From NCBI RefSeq assembly GCF_009914755.1, contig NC_060929.1: a stretch of DNA of 64,000 nucleotides. The stretch is one strand, 5' to 3'. The first letter of the stretch is position 1. Each line of letters starts with the position of its first letter. Below, one piece after another: positions 50,471 through 64,000 of this stretch. Source of the stretch: the human T2T-CHM13v2.0 reference genome, Homo sapiens. A program made the translations under genes and the position numbers. The notes beneath the pieces are model-generated. The model had not been told where the DNA came from and ran no database searches. It saw only the letters and a program-made list of their open reading frames with translations.

Positions 50471-50707
50471 GAAAATATAAGAAATAATAAAATACTTAGC
50501 TGCTGTTAAAATGTAAAAAGCACATGTATCTTCATGTATAAATCTTAGAAATAGTGTAACATTGAGGATAAAATCAATTTGTATGGTTATGATAAAGTAC
50601 CACTCATACAAAATGAAAAGCATGAAATGATACAGTTTTTTATAAAACATGAAAACATGCATGGTAATATACATCACATTCAAGATAATGTTTGCTTCTT
50701 TTATTAA

Positions 50708-50997
<290 letters not shown>

Positions 50998-51873
50998 AGC
51001 GTTTCCTTCTGGAAATCGTAGAGGGATGTGATTAGTGAGGGATATGTGCAGGCTACAACTGTAACTAAAGTTTTATATTTTTAAATAAAAATGTTTTAAA
51101 GCAACATGTGACAAAACATTAACACCAAATGAATATCAAACAACAAAGAAATAGTTGAAGAAATTGTGGCATCTATATACTATGAAATATTTTTCAGCCA
51201 TTAAAAAGAAGGAGTTGTAGCTAGGTCATTTTTATGGAGGGACTTTCAAGAATTATTAAGTGAAGAGAACAAGACACAGAAATATGTTTATAAAATCATC
51301 TCAGTTTTATAATGTAGTAATATATAATGAGCATATATTATATATGCTTGTGTATGACCAAAATATGAACATGAAAAAATATGGAAAGATTCATTCTAGG
51401 CTGTTAACATGAGAGATAACAGTCATGGGAGTGAGATGATAAAGAAAGAAGAGAAGGAGGACAGAATAGGGAGTCAAAAAACATAGAAAAAGAAAATGCA
51501 TTACCCAGCATGCATGCTATGATTTTGTTTATGTACTTAGGCAAATTTTTATACATATTTTTAGGAGGACTGTAGAATCACTTTAAAGAGTGAGAGTTAA
51601 CCTAATTTACTATATTTGACTGGAGACTGTGATAGAAACAGATTTAGCAGAAAGTCCCTCAAAGAAAGAGTTACTCAGTGCTGTATTCTGTTGCTAGATT
51701 ATTTAAACAAATAACGTAATCAAATCAAAATGATGCTTTTCAGTTTTTCTCTCTTCATATTTAGTAACATAATGGACCCTAATTTCAATGAGTTTTTCTT
51801 TTTAAATAATGATAGATATAAAATACTCACAATGTGCTAGGTGATATAAAATAGCAGTTAATAAAAAGTACTT

Positions 51874-52188
51874 GGCCAGGCGCAGTGGCTCACGCCTGTA
51901 ATCCCAGCACTTTGGGAGGCCGAGGTGGGCGGATCACAATGTCAGGAGATCGAGACCATCCTGGCTAACACGGTGAAACCCCCTCTCTACTAAAAATACA
52001 AAAAATTAGCTGGGCGTGATGGCGGGCACCTGTAGCTTCAGCTACTCGGGAGGCTGAGGCAGGAGAATGATGTGAACCCAGGAGGTGGAGCTTGCAGTGA
52101 GCTGAGATTGCTGCCACTGCACTCCAGCCTGGGCAACAGAGCGAGACTCCATCTCAAAAAAAAAAAAAAAAAAAGATAATAAAAAAAT
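51874..52188 (+). mobile_element. AluY
   Basis: AluY diagnostics; TSD TAAAAAGTACT. Confidence 0.92.
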
Positions 52189-52361
52189 TAAAAAGTACTC
52201 ATTTTAATATTTTATGAAATAGAGCATTTTGGCAGAGAAACTTTAGCTCTTTCTTTCTCTCTCTTTCTTCAACTTGGGAAAGAATAAGGAATAAATCTTT
52301 ATCTTTTTTTTTTCCTCTTCTGGCCAAGACCTAAATACCAGCATTTCATGATAATGGATAA

Positions 52362-52535
<174 letters not shown>

Positions 52536-52662
52536 TGAACTGATTTGAAATTTGGATAAAGGTATTAGTATGATTCTCAATTTAATGATGACTAGGTAGT
52601 TATTATAAATATGTGGGAGAAGAAGAGCTCACTGTTGTTGTGCTCATCAGAAACACTATTGT

Positions 52663-52805
52663 ACTGCAGTCCCAGCTACTGGTTAGACTGAGGTAGGGGA
52701 GGATCGCCTGAGCCCAGGAGTTCGAGGCAGCAATGAGCTATTATCATGCCATTGCAGTCCAGCCGGGGCAACAAAGCGAGATCCTGTCTGTTAAAAAACA
52801 AAAAG
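52663..52805 (+). mobile_element. Alu right-arm fragment (FRAM-like)
   Basis: CTGCAGTCCCAGCTACT...CAGCCGGGGCAACAAAGCGAGA. Confidence 0.75.
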
Positions 52806-53413
52806 AACCATTGCAGCCTCTTTTGAAATTATGACCAGCTAGTAAGTTGATGGTTTTGACATATTCATCAGAGTGGAAGGAGTTTTGACCATCTTTCCTT
52901 TTTGCTTATCTTTAAAGATGGCTCATTAGTATCTTTGTATTTTATAGACTGTTTGGATGATAAATATTCTGATGAAGACTAGCATTTTGAAAGGTTGGTT
53001 GCCAAAATTAAAACACCAGAATCTAGTGACAGGTCGAAATATTTTAGGTAATCATTATTTGTCTAATTCACATGTCCACAATCAGGCATTAATGTTTACT
53101 TTCATTTGTACCTCACATTCCTGCCAGTCCAGCTTATGTTAGGGTCCATTTTGTGGATGGTGAGGTGAATAGACATTTTCCCTCTTGGCATAAACTTGGC
53201 TTCACTCTAATCTTCATCCTACTCCATATGGAGGAAATTTATCTCTGTCACATGCTAGAGAGTGTTCATCATCAGCTCCCCATCACTGCTCCATTTAAGC
53301 ATCAGTGTCTAGTTAGCATTTCCTTGCATCTAGGCATCAGTGTCTTGTTAGCATGTCTCTTTAATTTCATGATGCCTTGGTCAAATAAAGTGTCTGAGCG
53401 TGTATCCCACTTC

Positions 53414-53710
53414 TTTTTATTTTTTTCTGTAAGGTCTCACTCTGTCACCCAGGCCGGAGTACAGTGGTGCAATCTTAGCCCACTGCAACCTCTGTCTCTT
53501 GGACTCAAGCAGTCCTCCCACGTCAGCCTCCCAAGTAGCTGAGACTACAGGCGTGCGCCACCACACCCAGCTAATTTTTGTATTTTTTTTGTAGAGGTGG
53601 GGTTTTGCCATGTTGCCTAGGCTGGTCTTGAACTCCTGGGCTCAAACGATCCTCCCACCTCAGTCTGCCAAAGTTGCTGGGATTACAGGCATGAGCCACT
53701 GCGCCCAGCC
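53414..53710 (-). mobile_element. Alu (J-like)
   Basis: Full Alu; TSD GTGTATCCCACTTCT. Confidence 0.92.
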
Positions 53711-54579
53711 AAGTGTATCCCACTTCTAACACCAGTGTTCAGTATTACCGAGAGGTCATCTTATGTTCAACTAAAGACCTGATAAATCTTAAGACTACCA
53801 TGACCTATCCGTGGTACCAGATTTACTTAAAAGATATGGGCCAGAAAACACACCTTACAAGCAGAGCATGTGTTGCTCTTAGTGGGATAGTCCTCACAGC
53901 AGACTTTGTGGCAGTGCCCGGGAGAGTGTATGAAGGAAGGAGACTCACATCAAGTGAGCGTAAGCGCCACCCTGGCTTAGAAGCTCCAGGCCCTTGAGGA
54001 GCCTGTATTTCTTGCTGCAGTCTCTACAAAAGACACGCCAGTTGACAAAAGTCAACGCACTAAGGGAAGGCCAAAACTCTGTAGTCAGGTATTTATAATT
54101 CTTCTCAGTCCAGATGTAATTTACTGATATTTGGTCATTTTTACCACAGGCAGTGCTACTTCTAACACATTGATACACCATCTTTGTCATGTTTTCTGGG
54201 GAAGAAAGCTAGAAAGTTAAAAGAAAATCAATTTCTCAGTGGAACGGAAAGGTGTTGTTAGCACTTCATTTACACTCTGGTTTTATAAACACCTATAGTT
54301 AAAATTAATAAGATATTTTACTGATTTGTAGAGAACATCTTGTAATATATGTTTTTTTACTTCTAAAAGTAATTAATGCTTATTGCAAGAAAGTCAAACA
54401 GTGTAGTCGTATATAAGGAAAAAAGTAAAGTGCCTGCCCTCAAACTTGTCCTCTGCCCTTGCAGCTTATATGTCGGAGGGGTTATCATTAACAATTTGGC
54501 ATATATCCTTGTGTAAAACTCCACACATACACACATAAACATACACATATAGTTCTCTGTATTTGTTTAACATAACTGG

Positions 54580-55250
54580 GATTTATTCGTTCAGCTAATT
54601 TTTTGAATGCCTATTATATGCCAGGCATTGGGCATACAATAAGGAATAAAACAGACAAAAATTCCTGCTCTTTTGGAGTTTACATTCTAATGGTGAGAGA
54701 TGTACAATAAAGTAAACTAGTGTGTTAGAAGGTGATAAGTGCTATGAAAAAAATAAGGCAGGGGAGTGGGTTGAACTTTTAAATAGGATGGTAAAGGAAG
54801 GCCTCACTGAGAAACAGCACTTGAACGAAGATTTGAATAGAGACTGAAGGAGTTAAGGAAAAGAGCCATATAGACATATGAAGGAACAGTATTTCAAGCA
54901 GAGACAACAGTAAGTACAAAATATCTTAAGTAGGAGAGTGCTTGGCATGTTTAAGGAATAGCAAGTAGTCTGTGTGCTGGAACAGAGTAACTGATGGGGA
55001 GAACATTAGGTGAGCTCAGAAATAAAGAGGAGATGGCAGGCAGTATAGGGTCACTTTAAGGGCTTTGACCTCTACTCTTAATGAGTTGGGGGATGTTGGA
55101 GGACTTTTGAGCAAAATAGTCTAATGATCTGATATACATTTTAAAAAGAATTCCTCTGGCTGCTCTGTTAAGAATACCCTGTAGGGTGCAAGGATGAAGC
55201 AGTGAGACCAGATGGAAAGCTGTTGCAGTGTTTGTGGTGAGACATGAAAT
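54580..55250 (-). mobile_element. L2
   Basis: TGAATGCCTATTATATGCCAGGCA, GGAAGGCCTCACTGAGA, CTCTGGCTGCT. Confidence 0.75.
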
Positions 55251-55766
55251 TGATCAGACAACTTTTTTCCCTCACTTAGCAACATGTTATAGATGGCCTT
55301 CCATATCAGTGCAGATAATTGGAAGTCATTCCATTTAGTTGGTACATAATAACCAGGATTTACCCAACTTTATTTAAGTACTACGCTGTTAATGTTTATT
55401 TAGGTGGTCTCTAGTTTTTTTTTAATACTCCAAAAGATGTTTTAAGTCACCTTCTGGTACACACATCCTTGACATGCAGTTTGGAGTATTTCTAGACAAA
55501 GGGGATGGGCATTTTACATTTTGAAAAAACAACCTGTTCTTCAAAAAAGGTTCATTCCACCATCAGAAAAATGCCCTTTTTTTCCATGCCCTGGGTATTA
55601 GTAATGATTTACATTTTTCCAAAGGTCAATTTTAGGAGATATTGTCCAAATTATTATTTTGGTAACCATTAAGTTTTACTTAAAATTTGTGTTTAATAAT
55701 GCTAACAAGTTAATGGTTCTGTTTATTACATTTTTTAATTTGATTAATTTAAAAGAATTTTTATAA

Positions 55767-55907
<141 letters not shown>

Positions 55908-56074
55908 TAAGTGATTCCTCCAAAATTAAAAAAAGGGGGAGCTTATATTATGAACATTTCTTAAATTGAATTTGGTAGTACTATACTTAGAGAAGCTTGC
56001 CTGCTATTGATAGAATACTAGGGTGCAAGGATGAGCTGTTTGGTATTGTTGCTGAAGAATATTAAAAATATATT

Positions 56075-56370
56075 GGCTGGGCACGGTGGCTCATGCCTGT
56101 AATCCCAGCACTTTGGGAGGCCGAGGCGGGCAGATCATGAGGTCAGGAGATCGAGACCATCCTGGCTAACATGGTGAAACCCCGTCTCTACTAAAAATAC
56201 AAAAAATTAGCCGGGCGTGGTGGTGGGCGCCTGTAGTCCCAGCTACTAGGGAGGCTGAGACAGGAGAATGGCGTGAACCCAGGGAGGTGGAGCCTGCAGT
56301 CAGCCCAGATCCCACCACTGCACTCCAGCCTGGGCGACAGCGAGACTCCGTCCCAAAAAAAAAAAAAAAA

Positions 56371-56371
<1 letters not shown>
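56075..56371 (+). mobile_element. AluY
   Basis: GAGATCGAGACCATCCTGGCTAAC, GAATGGCGTGAACCC. Confidence 0.92.

Positions 56372-56421
<50 letters not shown>
56372..56421. repeat. (TG)14(TA)11 compound microsatellite on Alu tail
   Basis: Direct count, follows A17. Confidence 0.95.
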
Positions 56422-57049
56422 AAGAATTCTGTCAAATAAATTGTATTCATGATAGCTATTTGATATATTATAGTTTTGACTACAAAACTGTGCTTTATAC
56501 TAACTGGACCCAGAAATAGTATTAAAAAGCATTCATAAAAATTTACCACCTTTCTTATTCTTGGTTTCAGTTCTTATTTCATAGACCATGAAGTTAGAGA
56601 TAAAAGGGCCAGCTGCTAACACAGCTTTTTACAAGAGTGATTAACTGTGGATTTTGGAAATTTAAAAGCTCACAATTGACATTCTAGGAAAATACTAGTT
56701 TGATAACCATTGGAATAGAAAAAAGTAGTAGGGTACTTTCCTTGTCTTTTTATATTCCGCCTTCACCAGCCCCTTGTCTTTGGGTCTGTCAAGAATCACC
56801 CTCCATTATATTGATCCAGGGTGCATCAGCTCTGTCCCATTCTGCACAAGTGGGAGGGGAGATAGGTGCTATCTCAGCAAAATGACAGAATAGAAATTAA
56901 CTAGGAAACAAGGAGGTGGTGCTGGTTCAAGGTTGCTGGAGAGAGTCAAAGAAAGGCAGGTTCCTTGGGGTTCTTTTTGTAATGTCTTTGATGTGCGTTC
57001 TCCCGTGTGGTACTAGAACAGAGTATCATTTCTCTGGAAGCAACTTTAT

Positions 57050-57490
57050 CCTATTTAAAAGCAATCTAAATGCCCATCAGGGATCCTTGTGCTATATTCA
57101 TGCAATGTAATGTTATATAGCAGTGAAAATGAATGAACTAGAGCTATTAATATATGACCAATGCTTAAAATTTCATGAACAGTATATTAAGCCAAAAATA
57201 AAGTTGCTGAAGGCCACGTAGTACATACCATTATATGAAGTTAGAAACATGTGAAATCGTACTCTGTACTGCTTAAGAATATATATGTAGTTAGAGAATA
57301 AGTGAAGACATGCAGGGGAGTGATAGAAAATTCAGAAGCAGGGTTTCTTCCAGGGGGAAGAAGGGAAAGTAGTAAAGGTTGGGGATGGACGTGGCATAGT
57401 GGAGTTCTAACTGATGTTTCATTTCTGAATGTGGGTATTGTATTAATCTATACATTTTTTAGTGTGGCCAAAATGTTTTATTTTAAAAAG
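57050..57490 (+). mobile_element. Old L1ME-like 3' end
   Basis: CTAAATGCCCATCA...GCAGTGAAAATGAATGAACTAGAGCTA. Confidence 0.6.
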
Positions 57491-57751
57491 TGTCAGCCCG
57501 GCATTATACCCTCATTGGATTCTACTTTAAGCTCCAAAAATAAACTTATTAAAGAGATCAATCTGTATGGTTGGTTGTGTTGGGGCTTTGTAAAAAAAGG
57601 GGTGACAAGATACCTACCAGTTTGACTTGTTCATGATAGGGACCCTGTAAGTGAGGTACAATTAGTGATAAATAGCTTGCCCATTAAGACTTGTGTTTGT
57701 GTTCCTGTATCACCAAGCAAAGAAGTATTAATGTTGGGATAAGGAAACTAA

Positions 57752-58143
<392 letters not shown>

Positions 58144-59409
58144 TGTCTTCCTCATATTTAATTCGAAATAAGAATAATACCAAACAATAAAACAAGATGT
58201 CTATATATACTGAAATTAAAATAGATTCTTTTCAAATTACCTGAAGTAACCTCTTGATAAACTGAAGCTGAACTTTTTGCATCTCATAATTGATGGTGGA
58301 GGATGGTCAGGAAACTGGCTCTGCTAGTGACTTAGTGTATCATCTAATCTACCTGTTGGGTACTTCCATGGAGCCAAAGCCAAAAGACATAAAGTGCTCT
58401 GCTTTGTATATATTCCCAGCATCCAGCATAAGCCCAGCACCTAGTAGGCTTTTATTATATATTATTATATATAGTATTAATATAGGATTAATGAAAGAAG
58501 GAAGGAATTCTTCATTCTGTGAGGGTATATTTCATTGGAAATTGCCAAAAGGTCATTGGAAACCAAGATTAATAAAGATAGTGATCAAACTGGTACTCTA
58601 GTTTTGCTTAAAAACGAAATGTGGTGTTCATGAGTGGCATGTAATTTGAAGATCATTCTAAAAGAGTAATTCTGTAGTGCTTATATTTTGCAAAAATAAT
58701 GTTGCTTCTTAAGGTGATTACTTTGGAAAAATGAATATTCTCCTTGTAGATGAAAAATTCAGTTGCATTATTTTATAAACATACTTTATGCTGCTGAAGT
58801 TTTGGACTTTTATTTACAAAGCTATGTTATCAAGGGGAAAATAAATTTCACTTGAGTTGACTTGTTTAGTAAATGCTTTCACAAACGTTGCTGCATATTT
58901 CATAAAAATCATGATATACGTTTATTTAAAGGTCCTTGTGCCATTAGAATAGAATTTTAGATAGTTTGAGAAAATATACCATTTCAGAAATTATTCTTAA
59001 GGATGATTTAAGTGAAGTTTTGTTAAGACACACTTGAGGTTCTAAAGTTATTTTGAGAGTTTAAGTTTGTTTCAAAGAAAAATAGTGTAACAAAATAAAT
59101 AGAATGTGAGGGATATTATTTATTATAACAGAATTAACCTGATGCCTAAATTTATGAAATTCAGAGGAATCCACTTTTTGTTGTTAGAAATGAATGCTTT
59201 TGTCATTTTGGATGGTTTTTATTAAGATTGGAGTGGTCACAACTTCAAAAAGATATTGGAAATTTTAGGAAAGAGTGAGAAAATCCACCCAAGATAAACT
59301 GTAAAACCTTTTTTTTAAAAGAAAACTTCTTATGATAACAGAATGATAACATGTGGTGATTACCTTTACTTACTAGTGAAAGAAATAGCTTAATATATAA
59401 GCTACTCTC

Positions 59410-59510
59410 ATGACATCTAATGGCTAGCAGCCAGGGATGCTGCTAAACATCCTAAAATGCACAGGATATTTCCCTAAAAAACACATTATTTGGCTCCAAA
59501 TTTCAACACT
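59410..59510 (+). mobile_element. MER20 fragment (continues at ~61436-61470)
   Basis: GCCAGGGATGCTGCTAAACATCCTA...TGCACAGGA. Confidence 0.75.
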
Positions 59511-61410
59511 CCAAAACCAAACAAATATATTACAGGAAAAGAAACTACAGACCAGTATCTTTTGATTATAGGCACAAAAATCCTCAATGAAATATAAGTA
59601 CATGGAATCAGGAATATAAAAACGATTGTACTCCATGACTATTGGATTTATTTCGGGTATACTGGCTTGGTTTAAAAATCTGGAAGCCAATCAATGTAAT
59701 CTACCTTATCAAAAACTACATGATAGTCTCAATAGACAGGAAAAACTCTGCATAAGATTCAACACCCCTTCATGATAAAAAACGCTCAAAAAACTACAAC
59801 TAACGTGGAACTTTCTTGACCTGACAAAGGACATTTATGAAAACCTCACAGACATTAAACCTGTCTGTTGTTGTTAAGATGCAGTATTGCTCAGATCAGT
59901 CTCTAAGTTCAGTGCAATTTGTATCAAATCCCAGCTGGCTTCCTTGGAGAAATTGACAAGCTGATCCTAAAATTCATAGGATTCATATCTCTGTTTCAAA
60001 ACTTACTACAAAGTGAGTAATCAAGACAGTGTGGAGGGTGGGATTAAAAAAAGACAGTGTGGAATTGGCATAAGCACAGACATGTGATCAATGTGATAGA
60101 ATTCAGAGTCTGGAAATAAACTTATGGTCATTTGATTACTGACAGGGGTGTTAAGACAATTCAGTGGAGAAAGAATAGATTTTTTTCAAACAAATGGTGC
60201 CAAGATAACTGTCTGTGCAAGAGAATGAAGTTGGACCCTTACTTCATGTCATATTTGAGTTTGGAAGATAAAATGGACCAAAGACCTGATATGAGTTAAC
60301 ACTGTTATACTCTTAGAAGAAAACATAGGTGTAAATCTTTGTAACCTTGAATGAGGCAATGATTTCTTAACTATGACATCAAAAACACAAGTGAGAAAAG
60401 CAAAAATAGATACATTGGACTTCATCAAAGTAAAAGCTTTTATTCTTCAAAGAACACCATCAAGAAAGTGAAAAGACAATCCACTGAATAGAAGAATTTT
60501 TGTAAATCATATATCCAGTAAGGGACTTGTATCTAGAATATATATATATATATAAACTCTTACAAGTCAATGGTAAAAAGATAACTCAGAAAATGGACAA
60601 ATGATCCATACAGGTTTTTCTCCAAAGGATATATGCAAACAACCAAGAAGCACGTGAAAATATGCTCAACATCATTAAGCATCAGGTAAATTCAAATCAA
60701 TGCCACAGTTAGATAACACTTCATACTCACTAGGATGGCTATAACTAGGAAAAAAAAAGGTGTTGGCTGGGATGCAGACAACTTGAAATCCTCATACATT
60801 GCCAATAGGACTATAAAATGGTACAGCCATTTTGGAAAACAGTCTGGTAGTACCTCATGACATTCACTGTGTGATCCAGCAATTCCACTAGATGTTACTT
60901 AAGACAAGGAAAATATGATGTCCACATAAAAACTTATACAAATGTTCATAAGAGCATTAGTCACAATAGCCAAAAAGTAGAAACAACTCTAATGTCCATC
61001 AACTGAAGAATGGATACCTAAAATGTGTTATATGCATACAATAGAAGATTTTTCAACCATAAAAAGGAATGAAGTACAGATACATGTTGCAACATGATGA
61101 ACCTTGAAAATATTATGGTAGTTGAAAGACATCAGTCACAAAAAGTCTCGTTTTGTCTGATTCCATTTATATGAAATGTCCAGAATAGGCAAATCCATAG
61201 AGAGAAAGTAGATTAGTGGTTGCCTAGGGCTCTTGGGTTGTTGGGGGGAATGGAGAGTGATTGCTAATGAGTATAGAGTTTCTTTTTGGAGTGATAGTAT
61301 CTAGAATTACATGGTGGTGATGGTTGGCCAATTTTAATATACTAAATACCACTTAATTGCACACTCCAAGTGGGTGAATTGCATAGTGTGTGAATTATAT
61401 CAATAAAGTT
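59511..61410 (+). mobile_element. L1MB-type element, decayed ORF2 + 3'UTR
   Basis: AGAACACCATCAAGAAAGTGAAAAGACAA; GTAGATTAGTGGTTGCCTAGGG; terminus GAATTATATCAATAAAG. Confidence 0.85.
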
Positions 61411-62042
61411 GATAGACACATACACACTTATCTTTTAAATGTCAGTAGTGCTGAGATTGAAAAATCTTTGTCTCTGTCTATTTTAATTCTGTTCTTAAGG
61501 CAATATCCTTCTGAGGCTTATAACCAATGCCTCATGTATTTTGAGGTATTTCTACTCTGGTTGGAGAGTGTTCCAAGCCCTTTGTGAACTCTGGTCACTG
61601 TTCACTACTATTTTCTGGTAGTTATTTCCATGGTCCCACAGAGGTCCCTAAACGCCTTTGAGGACTGGTACTTGGCCAAGAGTTGAGGTGACCCTTCAGC
61701 AGATCTCTGGAGCTGTATGTGCAGCTCTGTTATCTGGCATTCTGTCTCACAAATTCTAGTTTCCCTGCGCCCACCAAAGAGGCAGTCATGTTGTTTACCT
61801 CATTTGTTTTTCCTCTCTCAGGGTCACGGTTCTGCACCAAGTGTTGTCCAATACCTGAGAAGTTTTCCCCCTCATGTGTTTTGTCCAGTTTTCTTATTGT
61901 TTATGATTGGAGGACATTTCTCATGCAGTTACTTTTTTATGAATGAAAGCAGAGGTCAGGTGGCACAATTGAACACTGCACAGAAAGAAGAGAAGAGGGA
62001 GGCTGGAGAAAAACATTCTATGAAGTTTAAAACATGATTACC

Positions 62043-62689
<647 letters not shown>

Positions 62690-62882
62690 CTAAAAATTGC
62701 CCGTGTTCTAAAACTTCAGGAAAATTAATCTTCACTTAAAAATTAGCAATGGGAAAAGAACCAAATTCAAATTTCTTACAAAATTATTATGAGAAAAAAG
62801 AGAATAAGGAGTAGGATGTCATTACAGATAATGTATACATGCCAGAAAATCATGGTCACAGATTAAATAAAAATGACAATCT

Positions 62883-63203
<321 letters not shown>

Positions 63204-63411
63204 TTAAAATGAGCTAAAAGACACTAAGAAAATGATACTAGATGTGAAAGAACATAACTAAGAAGTATGAAAGATTGGAAATGAGGTGATAGGATTTAAG
63301 ACAGAAGTATAAAGAAAAAGATCAATTTAGGACTGAAGCGTAAACTTGAAAGAACATAATAGCGAATAAATGTAATACATATAGTTTTAGAGTAGAATTT
63401 AAAAAGAGGGA

Positions 63412-63956
63412 TGTGCAAAAAATTAACATAGCAGGCCTAATCACAAAGCTTTCCTTAGAAAGGCCTTCCTGCAAGCTTGGCCCTTGACTGGAGTCTGGGA
63501 CCTTGAATTTCGGGAGAGTTTTCACCATTTCGTGATGAGAGTGGCTCACTGTGCCTTAACTGTTTGTGCACACAGTGTGGTTTATGCTGATCACCTACCT
63601 TCTTGGAGCTGGAATTTTGGTACATGGTAGGGAGATGGTGCCTATGGGACCAGTCCGGCATAGAAACCATGGGTGCTGAGTCTCTAATGAGTTCCCTGGT
63701 GGACAGCATTTCACACGTGTTGTTACAATTCATTGCTGGGGAAATTTAAGTGCATCCTGTGTGACTCCGCCTGGAGAGGATTCTTGGATGCCCGGTTCCC
63801 CCTGGACTTTGCCTCAGGCACCTTTTCCTTTGCCTGATTTTGCTTTGCATTCTTTCACTGTAGTAAGTCATAGCTGTTAGTATTACTCTATGTCGAGTCC
63901 TGTGTATATACCATGAGTCATTGAACCTGGCAGTGGTCTTGTAGACTCAACATACA
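63412..63956 (+). mobile_element. ERVL solo LTR (MER68-like)
   Basis: TGTGCAAAAAATTAACATAGCAGGCCT...CCTTAGAAAGGCC...GAGTCTCTAATGAG...CA. Confidence 0.75.
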
Positions 63957-64000
63957 CCTTTCCCATTATTTGCCTTTCTAATGGGCTTATTGGCAGGATT

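Overview
Primate (almost certainly human) genomic DNA from inside the mismatch-repair gene MSH3 (MutS-beta subunit), + strand. Four internal coding exons (1893-2038, 5837-6003, 52394-52506, 55792-55906; exons 7-10 by recalled numbering) splice into one 541-nt open frame. Between them lie introns of about 3.8, 46.4 and 3.3 kb packed with ~35 Alu-family elements, L1 fragments of several ages, MaLR/ERVL solo LTRs, MIR/L2 and DNA-transposon relics. None of the supplied ORFs is a real gene. Most notable: (1) the first exon has an AA acceptor with a U12-type branch site (minor-spliceosome intron) and carries the coding A8 tract; (2) a ~2-kb minisatellite lies inside the target-site duplication of an Alu, so it grew out of the Alu tail; (3) a ~177-bp, ~95% identical inverted duplication with templated junction fragments; (4) a candidate 52-nt poison exon mid-intron. 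I see no evidence for a wholly new gene system. Repeat subfamily names and boundaries were judged by eye from recalled consensus sequences and are approximate.
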